Part shown: positions 39,032 to 48,715 of the stretch, one piece after another | Numbering within the stretch: the stretch's first letter is position 1 | How the letters are laid out: every line of letters begins with the position of its first letter | From: Candidatus Altimarinota bacterium | GTDB taxonomy: Bacteria > Patescibacteriota > Gracilibacteria > Peribacterales > Peribacteraceae | Direction: 5' to 3' | DNA length: 64,000 nucleotides | NCBI GenBank assembly: GCA_963694385.1 | Contig: CAVOCY010000002.1 | Coordinates: 2,208 to 66,207 of the forward strand | Translations under genes and position numbers: made by a program | Notes under the pieces: model-generated | The model's input: only the letters and a program-made list of their open reading frames with translations | What the model was told of the DNA's origin: nothing | Database searches by the model: none

Positions 39032-41695
39032 ATGCTTCCAAAGAGTTACGATCCAAAGGGGACAGAAGATCGCATTTATAAAATGTGGGAGGAGAGTGGA
39101 GCATTTATCGCAGACAACACAACAGACAAAGAAACCTTCACTGTTACGATGCCACCACCAAATGCGACAGGACAGCTGCACTTAGGTCACGCTGTGATGC
39201 TAGCACTCGAAGATATTTTTGTACGCTACGCGCGGATGCAAGGCAAAGAGGTTCTTTGGGTACCCGGTACAGACCATGCTGCTATCGCGACGGAGAATGT
39301 GGTGATTAAGAACTTAAAAGATGGAGGTATGAAAGACCCTCGAGAAGAGATGGGTCGAGAGAAACTTGTTGATGCGATCAAAGAGTTTGTGAGCTCCAGC
39401 CAAGATACGATTCGAGGCCAAGTACGAAAGATGGGAAGCTCATGTGACTGGAGTCGTGAGGCATACACGATGGATGCTCCGAGGCATCGCCTTGTAAACG
39501 AAGTGTTTGCAAAGATGTTTGCGGATGATCTTATTTACCGCGGTCACCGTATTGTTAACTGGGACCCAAAGCTGCAGACCAATGTGTCTGATGACGAAGT
39601 AGATCATCAAGATCGTACAGATCCATTTTTTACATTCCAATATGGACCGTTCGAGATTGGAACCGTACGACCGGAAACCAAGTTTGGGGATAAGTATGTT
39701 GTGATGCATCCAGATGACAAGCGTTACGCCCAGTACAAACACGGTGATACGTTTGAGTGTGAGTGGATCAATGGACCTATCAGTGCAACGATCATCAAAG
39801 ATGAAGCAGCTGACCCAGAGATAGGAACAGGAGTGATGACCATTACTCCATGGCACAGTGGTGTGGACTTCGAGATCGCCGAGCGTCACGGACTAGATAA
39901 AGAGCAAGTCATCGACTTTGACGGAAAGCTACTTCCAATAGCAGGGGAGTTTGAAGGCATGAAGATTACAGACGCTAGAGAGAAGATTGTTGAGAAACTG
40001 GATAAGAAGGGATTGCTTGTAAAAACTGATGAGAAGTACATGCACTCAGTAGCATTAAATAGCAGAGGAGGAGGAACCATAGAGCCACAAGTCAAACTGC
40101 AGTGGTTTATTAACGTAAACAAAGAAGTAGTGAACTGGAAAGGGAAGCAGATGAGTCTAAAGCAAGTCATGCAGGACTGTGTAAAGAGTGGGGACATCAA
40201 GATCATCCCAGAGCGCTTTGAGAAGACGTACTTTCACTGGATTGATAACCTTAGAGACTGGTGTATCTCCCGTCAGATTTGGTGGGGTCATCGCATCCCT
40301 GTGTGGTACAAAGGAGCAGAAGAGTTTGCTGGGGTACTTCCTCCTAAAGGAGAAGGATGGGAGCAAGATCCAGATACATTGGATACATGGTTTAGCTCTG
40401 CGCTTTGGACCTGGAGTACATTGGTAGATCCGCGTCTTACAGAGGACTATTCACTTACGCTTAAGGAGATCATCGAGAAGAGTCCAGACATCCAGAAGTT
40501 TCATCCAACTACGGTAATGGAAACAGGGTACGACATCATCTTCTTTTGGGTTGCGCGTATGGTCTTGATGACTACGTATGCAGTGGGTCAGGTTCCATTC
40601 GAGACTGTGTACTTGCACGGAATGATTCGTGATCGCACTGGAAAAAAGATGAGTAAGAGTAACCCGGAGGGGACTATCGATCCTCTAGATGTTATCGAGA
40701 AGTACGGGACAGATGCACTGCGTATGTCGATGATCGTAGGACAAAGCCCAGGGAACGACCAAAAGCTGTATGAAGAGAAAATCGCCGGATACAGAAACTT
40801 TGTAAACAAGCTCTGGAATGCGAGCAGGTTTGTACTCATGCAGTGCGAGTCAGCTGGCGTCACGCCAGCTGAAGTGGAAAGTGGAAAGTGGAAAGTGGAA
40901 AATCTAAGTTTGGCAGATAGGGCGTTACTTTCATCTCTCCAAGATCTTATTGATGATGTTGCAGAGGGGCTGAATAACTACAGGCTTAGTGACGTTGGTG
41001 AGCGGCTGTATGCATTTACATGGGATTACTTCTGCGATTGGTACTTAGAACTCTCTAAGGGGGAAGCAAACCCTGTTGTTCTTGTACATGTCTTACGGAC
41101 TATCGTTACCTTGCTCCACCCATACTGCCCTTTTGTAACAGAAGAACTATGGGAGCAGATCAAGCCTAAAGATGCGGGTATGCTTATCAAACAATCTTGG
41201 CCTGTATCCGATTCATCATTACAAAGTTCAGCCGCTGATGATTTGCAGGTTGTGATTGATGTTATCTCTGCTATTCGTAGTCTTCGATCAGATCAGGGTA
41301 TAGAGCCTGCAAAGAAGGTAAATATTATCGTCTACTCAAAGCATGCAGAGCTTCTTGAAAGTCAGAGAGCACATATAGAAAGCCTAGCGCGCTTAGAAAA
41401 ACTCACGATCGATTCCTCTGCTCAGAAACATGAAGATGCAGCATCGGTGTTCCTGAATGTTGCAGAGGTGCACATGCCACTCGAAGGGCTTATCGACAAA
41501 GATAAAGAGCTGGCAAAACTTGGCACAGAGAAACAGAAGCTCGAAGGGTTCATCAAAGGAATCAATGCAAAACTTGAGAACAAATCATTCGTTGATAATG
41601 CTAAAGAAGAAGTGGTTGCACTAGAAAGAGAGAAGCTGGAGAGTGCGGAAGGGAAGTTGAAGAAGGTGAATGAGAGAATTATAAGTCTCAGTTAG
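39032..41695 (+). CDS. valS: valine--tRNA ligase
   Basis: HIGH region PPPNATGQLHLGHA, KMSKS, a CP1 editing domain, and a C-terminal coiled coil. Confidence 0.97.
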   Translation: MLPKSYDPKGTEDRIYKMWEESGAFIADNTTDKETFTVTMPPPNATGQLHLGHAVMLALEDIFVRYARMQGKEVLWVPGTDHAAIATENVVIKNLKDGGMKDPREEMGREKLVDAIKEFVSSSQDTIRGQVRKMGSSCDWSREAYTMDAPRHRLVNEVFAKMFADDLIYRGHRIVNWDPKLQTNVSDDEVDHQDRTDPFFTFQYGPFEIGTVRPETKFGDKYVVMHPDDKRYAQYKHGDTFECEWINGPISATIIKDEAADPEIGTGVMTITPWHSGVDFEIAERHGLDKEQVIDFDGKLLPIAGEFEGMKITDAREKIVEKLDKKGLLVKTDEKYMHSVALNSRGGGTIEPQVKLQWFINVNKEVVNWKGKQMSLKQVMQDCVKSGDIKIIPERFEKTYFHWIDNLRDWCISRQIWWGHRIPVWYKGAEEFAGVLPPKGEGWEQDPDTLDTWFSSALWTWSTLVDPRLTEDYSLTLKEIIEKSPDIQKFHPTTVMETGYDIIFFWVARMVLMTTYAVGQVPFETVYLHGMIRDRTGKKMSKSNPEGTIDPLDVIEKYGTDALRMSMIVGQSPGNDQKLYEEKIAGYRNFVNKLWNASRFVLMQCESAGVTPAEVESGKWKVENLSLADRALLSSLQDLIDDVAEGLNNYRLSDVGERLYAFTWDYFCDWYLELSKGEANPVVLVHVLRTIVTLLHPYCPFVTEELWEQIKPKDAGMLIKQSWPVSDSSLQSSAADDLQVVIDVISAIRSLRSDQGIEPAKKVNIIVYSKHAELLESQRAHIESLARLEKLTIDSSAQKHEDAASVFLNVAEVHMPLEGLIDKDKELAKLGTEKQKLEGFIKGINAKLENKSFVDNAKEEVVALEREKLESAEGKLKKVNERIISLS
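40874..40901. repeat. tandem heptamer GTGGAAA x4 inside valS (encodes SGKWKVEN)
   Basis: Four perfect copies, read directly from the sequence. Confidence 0.95.
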
Positions 41696-41972
41696 TTTCT
41701 TTGTTCATTTTTGCCTTGATGCAAAAACGAACCAAAAAAATCAAGGCAGACTGGGCTCGTGCGAAGCAATAGCTCTGTTCTCTTGGTAGCGCTCCTCAAC
41801 CAAGGTCACTGCGTTTGCCTGTGGGCAACTTGGCATTCGTCGCTATATCCCTATAAGCCTACGAGGATCTTCGCCCTCAAACATGCAGTCTGCCATAACG
41901 CTCGCCTTTTATTATATGGTCTTTATATACCAAGTAATTCATAAACCCTCGCTGAGGGAGGGTAATGGGGGT

Positions 41973-42015
41973 TTGGGGGAGCTAGGGAACCGAATGAGGT
42001 TCCCTGGTCCCCCAA
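41973..42015. other. 18-bp bulged hairpin in the valS/dinB convergent spacer
   Basis: TTGGGGGA(G)CTAGGGAACC - GAATGA - GGTTCCCTGGTCCCCCAA. No U-tract on either strand. Confidence 0.5.
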
Positions 42016-42090
42016 GAAGAAAAAGAAGAAGAGAGAAGGCAGCACAATACCTTTGTGTCACATTGTAGTGCATTTGTGTTACAAGCTAGT

Positions 42091-43281
42091 TTATTCAATA
42101 ATTTCTAGGTGTGGTTTTTTGGCTGTAGTTACAGCCATAGCAGCACCTCGTTTGATTGACTCTCTTCCATACTTTTTATGAAGGTTATCCATAGCCTCTT
42201 GGACATTCTCTACATCTTTTGTGTGTTCTGGGGTCTCAAACAAAGAGTACTGTGTGCCACCCTTCGGGTTTAACCCGTAAAGCCCTAGTCCGATCTGCGT
42301 GTAAGAACCTCCTTGCTCATAGAGTCTCTCAAAACATTGATGTACATACGGCAGCACCTGCTCTTCGGTATCTGCTGCTACTGGTAACTTACTTTCTTTT
42401 TGGTCGAAGGTGTACGACGCACTTCGTAGCCAAACACTTACTACACTTGTTGCTAACCCTGCACGTCGCATTTTTAGCATGGTGTAGGTCAAATGATGAA
42501 GGAGATGGGCGTACACCATCTCGCGATCTCGGGTGGGCAGGAAGCTTCTGGTACGAGAAATAGATTTGGGTGGCGCTGCTTCTACTTCTACTTTTTCTAA
42601 GCATTCTCCGAGGAGTTCACGCTGCATAGCGAGCCCTGGGCGGCCGAATAACTTTTGGACAGTCTCTTTATCAGCATATGCGATGTCTTTGGCGGTCTTC
42701 CATCCTTGGGCTGCGGTATGCAGCTCTCTGCGCTTACCGATGCCAGGGATAGCACCTGATACTCTATCGCCTAAGAATGCATCAATAGTTGTTGGCCAGA
42801 CAATCGTTACCCCTTCGGGCTTTACGTACTCGCTTGCCATCTTTGCTAGTAACTTACTGGTTCCAATTCCAATGGATACCGTCAGGCTTACCGATCTCTT
42901 TACCGTCTCTTGGAGTTCTAGTGCCCAGTACTTCAGATTATCAGGTAAGCCTCCCGGAAGACTTTTAAGATCCAAGAACCATTCATCAACACTGTAGCGC
43001 TGGATAATGGGACAACGGTTTTGAAGGATCTGTTCTATCTGACGAGAGGCGAGTAGTGCTTCGTCAAAGTCGGAGGGGAGTGCTACTGCTCCTCTACAGA
43101 GCTTGCGAGCTTCTGATAGGCGCATGCCAGTCTTTACTCCTTTGGCCTTTGCCTCGTAGCTTGCAGCGATCACACAGCCACCCCCCATACCAAGAGCAAG
43201 GAGAGGTTTGCCTACCAAGTCAGGCCGTTTACGTTGGAGCGCGGACGCGAAAAACGCATCAGCATCAATATGAGCAATCAT
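42091..43281 (-). CDS. dinB: Y-family DNA polymerase (DinB/Pol IV-like)
   Basis: MIAHIDADAFFASA and SVDEWFLDL catalytic motifs. It starts 18 nt after the lexA stop. Confidence 0.88.
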   Translation of the reverse strand: MIAHIDADAFFASALQRKRPDLVGKPLLALGMGGGCVIAASYEAKAKGVKTGMRLSEARKLCRGAVALPSDFDEALLASRQIEQILQNRCPIIQRYSVDEWFLDLKSLPGGLPDNLKYWALELQETVKRSVSLTVSIGIGTSKLLAKMASEYVKPEGVTIVWPTTIDAFLGDRVSGAIPGIGKRRELHTAAQGWKTAKDIAYADKETVQKLFGRPGLAMQRELLGECLEKVEVEAAPPKSISRTRSFLPTRDREMVYAHLLHHLTYTMLKMRRAGLATSVVSVWLRSASYTFDQKESKLPVAADTEEQVLPYVHQCFERLYEQGGSYTQIGLGLYGLNPKGGTQYSLFETPEHTKDVENVQEAMDNLHKKYGRESIKRGAAMAVTTAKKPHLEIIE

Positions 43282-43299
43282 TTGAGAAAATTGGAGGTG

Positions 43300-43908
43300 T
43301 TACATCTTGCGAATCATGCCTTCCATGACGCCTGCAACTTGTAGTTCTTCCATGGCATACATATCCGGATAATCAGCATTTTCTGCCTGAAGGTAGTATT
43401 TACCTTTATCACGCTTTAGGCGCTTGAGTGTAAATTCACCATCAAGAGAGCCAACGACAATGTCGTTAAGCTTTGGTGTTTTCTTACGGTTTACGACTAC
43501 GACATCTTCTTCAAGGATTCCTGCATCGATCATACTGTCACCCTTTACACGTAAAAGGAATGTCGAGGCTTTATCACCAATAAGATACGCGTCCAGCGAG
43601 ATCATTTCTTCTGCTTGCTCTTCTACGGGTGCTGCGAATCCTGCAGAGATTGGTCCGAAGAGTGGAAGCATCATTGGTTGTGCCATTTTCTCATCTCCTT
43701 CACCCATCTCCATAATTTTGATACGTCCTTTTGGATCTTTCTCCAGTTGCCCTTCGCGTACCAACACGTTTACCACTTTTGCGACTGCGTTTTTACTGCT
43801 GACACCAAAGGCGAGAGCAAGGTCTGCAAGAGAAGGTGAGTACCCGCGCTTGCGTTGGAACTCTCCGATGTAATTCAGCACAGTGCGCTGGTGTGGTGTA
43901 AGACTCAT
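43300..43908 (-). CDS. lexA: LexA repressor (winged-helix domain plus S24 autopeptidase)
   Basis: N-terminal LTPHQRTVLNYIGEFQRKRGYSPSLADLALAFG, cleavage site ISAGFAAP, Ser in KGDSMIDAGI, and Lys in FTLKRL. The start is set at ATG 43908, after the stop of the upstream MFS gene. Confidence 0.88.
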   Translation of the reverse strand: MSLTPHQRTVLNYIGEFQRKRGYSPSLADLALAFGVSSKNAVAKVVNVLVREGQLEKDPKGRIKIMEMGEGDEKMAQPMMLPLFGPISAGFAAPVEEQAEEMISLDAYLIGDKASTFLLRVKGDSMIDAGILEEDVVVVNRKKTPKLNDIVVGSLDGEFTLKRLKRDKGKYYLQAENADYPDMYAMEELQVAGVMEGMIRKM

Positions 43909-43935
43909 AAAGTTGTTGGGGGACGAACGTTCACC

Positions 43936-43964
43936 ATGGTAGGTGTACGAGTGTGCACTGTCAA
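43936..43964 (-). promoter_or_regulatory. candidate lexA promoter TTGACA-N17-TACCAT (minus strand), with the palindrome GAACGTTC (43925-43932) just downstream
   Basis: Perfect -35 at 43964-43959 and -10 at 43941-43936. The 8-bp palindrome begins 3 nt beyond the -10. Confidence 0.45.
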
Positions 43965-43979
43965 CAATCATGAGTTGCA

Positions 43980-45173
43980 TTATTTCGGAATCTTGTTCCA
44001 AACTACACTCATACTGAAAAATGTTATCACGAGTAGTACTGCTCCTATACAACCTGAAATCAGGATGGCTTGATTAAGAGAGAGGACATCTGCGGTGTAC
44101 CCAAGAAATGGTGAAACAATAGCAAAGAGTAGCCGAAAACCTAGTGCTTGAAATGAAAGCACGGTTGCACGTGTATCAGAGGATGTCATGCGGTTGAGAA
44201 TGTCACTGGTAAGCGGCGTTGTAAACCCCCACATGATGCGCACAGCAAAGAAGAAAGCAATCGCCCAGACAGATGAAACGAGCCCTAGTACTAGGAAACT
44301 TGCGACCATACATATCGATATAAATATGAGCAACAGGCGGTCATCAAACCATTTTTCCAATGAGTGTACGTAACGAGAGGCGAAGGCATGGCAGAGGACA
44401 ATGATAGAGTGCGTTACCCCAAAGAGAACTAGCGGCAGTCCTACCATCTCTTGGTAGGGTTGTGTAAACCAGTATAAAGAGAAGGCCATAGTAATCAGAA
44501 TACTATTCAGGAGGATGACACCTCTGATAGCTGGGTTATGGACGACGGATGTTACAAAAATATTCCACATAGCAGCAAGGTGCCTGGTCTCTTGTAATTT
44601 ATGCCTCTTTGGCTCCTTAAGAGTAATGGCAATAATAGGAGCTATCAGAAAGAATCCGAATGTGGCCCAGAGCGTAGCGCGCAGACTATATAGCGCAATG
44701 AGGCCACCGAGTATCCCAGCAACAGCTTCTACGCAGAATCTAAAAAATGCCTGCTTGCCAGCAATTTTACGGTATTGATCCTCTTCGCCCAGCTCGAGTA
44801 ATGTGTCATATGCTATAGCTGCATCAGTGCCTGAGAAGAGACTGGAGCCTATTGATAGAAATACTATACCCAATAAGAATCCTAAAAAATTAAAGCTTAG
44901 ACAGTAAATGAGCATCCCAATACATTTACAGATGGCTCCTAGGATTAGAGTAGGTTTTCTTCCCCAGCGATCGGAAAGATATCCCGAAGGAATTTCGAAC
45001 GCCATTTGTAGTACAGACCATAGAGCTTCCAGGATAAATACTTGCTGTAGATCTAATCCATTTGATGCCAGAAAAATAACCAGTACAGCTACATGAACAA
45101 GTGATCCGCGTACCGCGTGGAGCACATATAACTTCCAGATATTTGCCTTCATACTTTTTAAGTAATCTTCCAT
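43980..45173 (-). CDS. MFS transporter
   Basis: About 12 hydrophobic helices, with motif A as GYLSDRWGRKPTL. Confidence 0.75.
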   Translation of the reverse strand: MEDYLKSMKANIWKLYVLHAVRGSLVHVAVLVIFLASNGLDLQQVFILEALWSVLQMAFEIPSGYLSDRWGRKPTLILGAICKCIGMLIYCLSFNFLGFLLGIVFLSIGSSLFSGTDAAIAYDTLLELGEEDQYRKIAGKQAFFRFCVEAVAGILGGLIALYSLRATLWATFGFFLIAPIIAITLKEPKRHKLQETRHLAAMWNIFVTSVVHNPAIRGVILLNSILITMAFSLYWFTQPYQEMVGLPLVLFGVTHSIIVLCHAFASRYVHSLEKWFDDRLLLIFISICMVASFLVLGLVSSVWAIAFFFAVRIMWGFTTPLTSDILNRMTSSDTRATVLSFQALGFRLLFAIVSPFLGYTADVLSLNQAILISGCIGAVLLVITFFSMSVVWNKIPK

Positions 45174-45182
45174 GTATATAGC

Positions 45183-46112
45183 TTACACATTCTCCACCGC
45201 ATCATCTGTGATGACATCAAGATCTTTGAGTTGGCTGAGTTCTAGATAGGTAATGGTCCACACTGTCTGTCTAAATACGGTGATGTATGCAAAGAAGTAA
45301 CTGGCAACCACTGTCATGATCAAGCCAAGAATACTTCCAATAGTGTAACTGACTGTAGGGGAGAGGAACTTGGTTAGTAGAAGACCGGTTCCTATTACGA
45401 TACCTGGTACGAGGAGAATCATTACAATGTTAATGATGATACGGAGGCTGATTACGAATAGAAGAATCAACAAGAATACGACGTGTCCTAGGTGGCTGAT
45501 AATCAGCTTCATACTTTTTCCGATAGCAGCGAATGGTCCGATTTTATGAATAACAATGGCTTCCTCTGCGAATGCTGCGAAGAATTGGAGGATGTTACTA
45601 AAGACCCAGAAGAATCCGAGTAGTGCGAGCGGAAGCATTAAGAAGTCTCCGGTAGGGCCGTAACGAATCATCAGAGATCCAAGGGTGATTACTGTAGAGA
45701 TACCTCCCAAGACAAAGAGCTCGTGCACGATAAAGATCGGCACACAGTTATAGAGCGCGAGGATCAATCCTCCTTTTACCTCTTGTTTGGTGTGGGACTT
45801 TGCAGCAAGTCCGATGATGGCACCTTTAGCAAAGTGTGGAAACACCAGCTCTATAGCTACCATCGAGAAGATGAAAATAATCAGAGTCCAAGCAGCAGTA
45901 GCTGGCATGTAATCCAAAAGAAGTTCTTCCATGGCAAAGAAGCTGATAGTTTCTCCTTTAACCACATACAAATAAAAGAACCATGATTGGTAAATAAGGA
46001 GTTTGATGTTGAGTAATGTCTCGAGCAAGGCAGAGGAAAATCCCCAGCGTCGTAGCTGCTTTTCTTTCTTGGTCATGGCCCACGCTTTAGCGATGATCTC
46101 TCTAGGAGTCAT
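45183..46112 (-). CDS. hypothetical polytopic membrane protein
   Basis: ORF with multiple hydrophobic helices and no recognised motif. It overlaps the upstream LCP gene by 11 nt. Confidence 0.55.
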   Translation of the reverse strand: MTPREIIAKAWAMTKKEKQLRRWGFSSALLETLLNIKLLIYQSWFFYLYVVKGETISFFAMEELLLDYMPATAAWTLIIFIFSMVAIELVFPHFAKGAIIGLAAKSHTKQEVKGGLILALYNCVPIFIVHELFVLGGISTVITLGSLMIRYGPTGDFLMLPLALLGFFWVFSNILQFFAAFAEEAIVIHKIGPFAAIGKSMKLIISHLGHVVFLLILLFVISLRIIINIVMILLVPGIVIGTGLLLTKFLSPTVSYTIGSILGLIMTVVASYFFAYITVFRQTVWTITYLELSQLKDLDVITDDAVENV

Positions 46113-47646
46113 TGTCTATAAGGTTAGTGACAAGGTTCTGCAGTCCAGTGTACCTGTAATCCTTTCCAAGGATAATGGTAATACGTTCTTGTTGTGTGCT
46201 TGGAAGATCCAGTGGGGCAGGAATAGCCTCTATACCTAGTAAAGTACTAAAGAACCCTACAATATCATCTGGCTCTGGCGCGGTAATAATCATAGAAGAT
46301 TCACGCTTCTTGGTATCACCATTTTCTACATTGGTGACGTTAAATCCAAACCGCGTTAGTTCTGTCGCAAGCTTTCTGGCAGATCCAGGCTTGGCACCTG
46401 CATTAAGAACGGCAACATTCGGACGGTCTAAGTATACTTTTCGGTGACGGAATATGAGTTCTGCAAAAGACTTAGGTTGCTTCCATGTCACAGGGAATTC
46501 GGGGCTAGAAACAGGGAGTAGCACAGACGCACCGGAGAATAAGTCTCGTGGTGGTGTGTACATCATGCCACCTGGTTCGATGATGTAATCATACAAAGCA
46601 TTACGATCATTGAGTTGCATGCTGACAATTTTCTCTCGACTTATCTTCTGTCCCATCTGCGCAGCACCGATCAATTCTCTGAGTGTCATTGTGGTTTCAA
46701 CGTTCTCACTCATGATTTTCATAAACGAAGTAATAGCCGCAGGGTCACTAAGGACACCTTCTTCTTTTGCAGTGTGTGCCATCACGCCAAGAAGCTGCTG
46801 CTGACGAGCTGACCTGCCAAAGTCAGAGGAAGTGTGACGGCTGCGTGCATATTTAAGAGCAGTTTCTCCATCAAGGTGCCTTGGACCTGCACGAATAATA
46901 AATGGTTCGAACCCATACTGCTCATTAGGGTATTCGTAATCTTCGATATCGTATGGTACATCCACGTCTACTCCTCCAAGGACATCCACTGCTCTGGTAA
47001 ATGCAATGAAGTCTACTTTAATAGTGTGGTGAATCTCGATACCAAGCTTATTACCAATTTCTTCTGCAAGGTATTCGAGTGTTTGCTTAGAGGCGATGGC
47101 AGGCTCGACACCTTTTTGGAAAATAAGGTAACTGCGGAAGTCTCGGTACATTGTATTCAACTTTCCTTTCCCCATCTTCTCGGTATGTAAGAAATATGTA
47201 TCACGAGGAAGAGAGAGGAGTACGACACTTTGGGTATTATCAGGATCGATACTGGCAATCATGACAGTGTCTGTGAGGTTTTTACCGTCGTGGTCTGCAT
47301 CCCCCTGTCCCATCAGCAGAAAGTTTGTATATCCGCGATCATCCTTCGGCAAGCTTACTCCGGCCATGTTGATAACATTCGTTATCCCTAAGCTACGCAC
47401 AGACATCATTGCTTTTCCGATACCAGCAAGAAGTATTAGGGCAATGAGGACCGCAATAAGAATCGTCAGTGTGCGCTTGAGTATTCCGAGGTGTTGCTCT
47501 TTTTTCTGTTCACGCGTGTGACGCTTCTTCCAATGATGATACATTCCCATCACTGGTTGTGCGACAGTAAGAATGGCAGCCGCGCGGCCAGCCCAGAGCT
47601 TTGCACTGCTGGGTTTATCACGAAGTTTGCGAACACTAAAAGACAT
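46102..47646 (-). CDS. LytR-CpsA-Psr (LCP) family cell-envelope phosphotransferase with LytR_C-like C-terminal domain
   Basis: FLLMGQGDADHDGKNLTDTVMIASIDPDNTQSVVLLSLPRDTY. The ORF opens at 47736, but that ATG overlaps the divergent dehydrogenase ATG, so the internal ATG at 47646 (before the TM helix) is preferred. Confidence 0.85.
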   Translation of the reverse strand: MSFSVRKLRDKPSSAKLWAGRAAAILTVAQPVMGMYHHWKKRHTREQKKEQHLGILKRTLTILIAVLIALILLAGIGKAMMSVRSLGITNVINMAGVSLPKDDRGYTNFLLMGQGDADHDGKNLTDTVMIASIDPDNTQSVVLLSLPRDTYFLHTEKMGKGKLNTMYRDFRSYLIFQKGVEPAIASKQTLEYLAEEIGNKLGIEIHHTIKVDFIAFTRAVDVLGGVDVDVPYDIEDYEYPNEQYGFEPFIIRAGPRHLDGETALKYARSRHTSSDFGRSARQQQLLGVMAHTAKEEGVLSDPAAITSFMKIMSENVETTMTLRELIGAAQMGQKISREKIVSMQLNDRNALYDYIIEPGGMMYTPPRDLFSGASVLLPVSSPEFPVTWKQPKSFAELIFRHRKVYLDRPNVAVLNAGAKPGSARKLATELTRFGFNVTNVENGDTKKRESSMIITAPEPDDIVGFFSTLLGIEAIPAPLDLPSTQQERITIILGKDYRYTGLQNLVTNLIDNDS

Positions 47647-47734
47647 TGGAAATAGCTTACCGTAAGGCAACTTGTCTTCATAGGTGTACGAGTGTTCTTT
47701 TTGCGTTTTATGATGATTCCTGTAGCATTTGCTC

Positions 47735-48715
47735 ATGATAAATATTGTTTTTCTCCAGGTAGATTCCGAAGATCAACTACTGACAAAAAAGCGTTTTCCA
47801 GACGCAGAGGTGATCGAAGGTATTCCGGATGATATCGCAGCCGTATGCGCCGATGCAGAGATTGTTTCGATATTCATCGGCATTGCTATCAACGCAGATT
47901 TACTTTCTAAGCTTCCAAAACTTAAGCTTCTCTGCACACGTAGCGTTGGTTTTAATCATATCGATCTTGAGTATTGCGCCAAGAATAATATTACTGTGTG
48001 TCATGTGCCAGATTACGGATCTCATGTGATTGCAGAACATGTGTTTGCATTACTGCTCTCAACTCTACGTCATATTCCTGAGGCTGATAAAAAAGTAGAG
48101 AGCGGGGACTTCGACTATCACGGACTGCGTGGAGTGTCTCTTCGTGGAAAGACATTGGGAATCGTTGGAACAGGAAAAATTGGACGCAAGGCAGCGCAGA
48201 TTGCTGCTGGGTTTGGCATGAGAATCCTTGCAGTTGATAAATGTCGTACGATTGAACTCGAAGATCTGTTGCAGGTGAAGTACACCGAGCTCGATCAACT
48301 TCTCTCCGAGAGTGATATCATTACATTGCATCTTCCTTCTACAGAAGAGACACATCATATGATTGATGCGGATGCATTCTCGAAAATGAAAGAAGGCGTA
48401 TGCTTGGTGAATACTGCGCGCGGAGAGTTAATAGATTCTGATGCACTTCTGGACGCACTAAATTCTGGCAAGGTGAAGCACGCATTGCTTGATGTATTGG
48501 AGCATGAGCATAATTTTGAAGAGAACAAAGCACTGATAACGCACCCGAGTGTTGTTTCTACACCGCATATTGCATTTTATGCGGAAGAGAGCATGCATAA
48601 TATGTACGAAGATGCGTTTACGTCTATTGATGAATACCTACGAGGAGAAAAGCCAGAACATACTGTTAAGCCACCTACGGTGGTGTGTGATTTAGATGGC
48701 GTAAAGAAGGCCTAG
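47735..48715 (+). CDS. D-isomer-specific 2-hydroxyacid dehydrogenase (LdhA/SerA family)
   Basis: GIVGTGKIGRKAAQIAAGFGMRILAVD (GxGxxG), NTARGELID, DVLEHE and TPHIAFY. Confidence 0.88.
   Translation: MINIVFLQVDSEDQLLTKKRFPDAEVIEGIPDDIAAVCADAEIVSIFIGIAINADLLSKLPKLKLLCTRSVGFNHIDLEYCAKNNITVCHVPDYGSHVIAEHVFALLLSTLRHIPEADKKVESGDFDYHGLRGVSLRGKTLGIVGTGKIGRKAAQIAAGFGMRILAVDKCRTIELEDLLQVKYTELDQLLSESDIITLHLPSTEETHHMIDADAFSKMKEGVCLVNTARGELIDSDALLDALNSGKVKHALLDVLEHEHNFEENKALITHPSVVSTPHIAFYAEESMHNMYEDAFTSIDEYLRGEKPEHTVKPPTVVCDLDGVKKA

Noticed and set aside
41745-41894. Long-range 9-nt complementarity (GGCAGACTG/CAGTCTGCC) as evidence for a large structured RNA
   Set aside because: A single 9-nt match within a ~400-nt region is close to the chance expectation, so it is mentioned only as context for the spacer finding.
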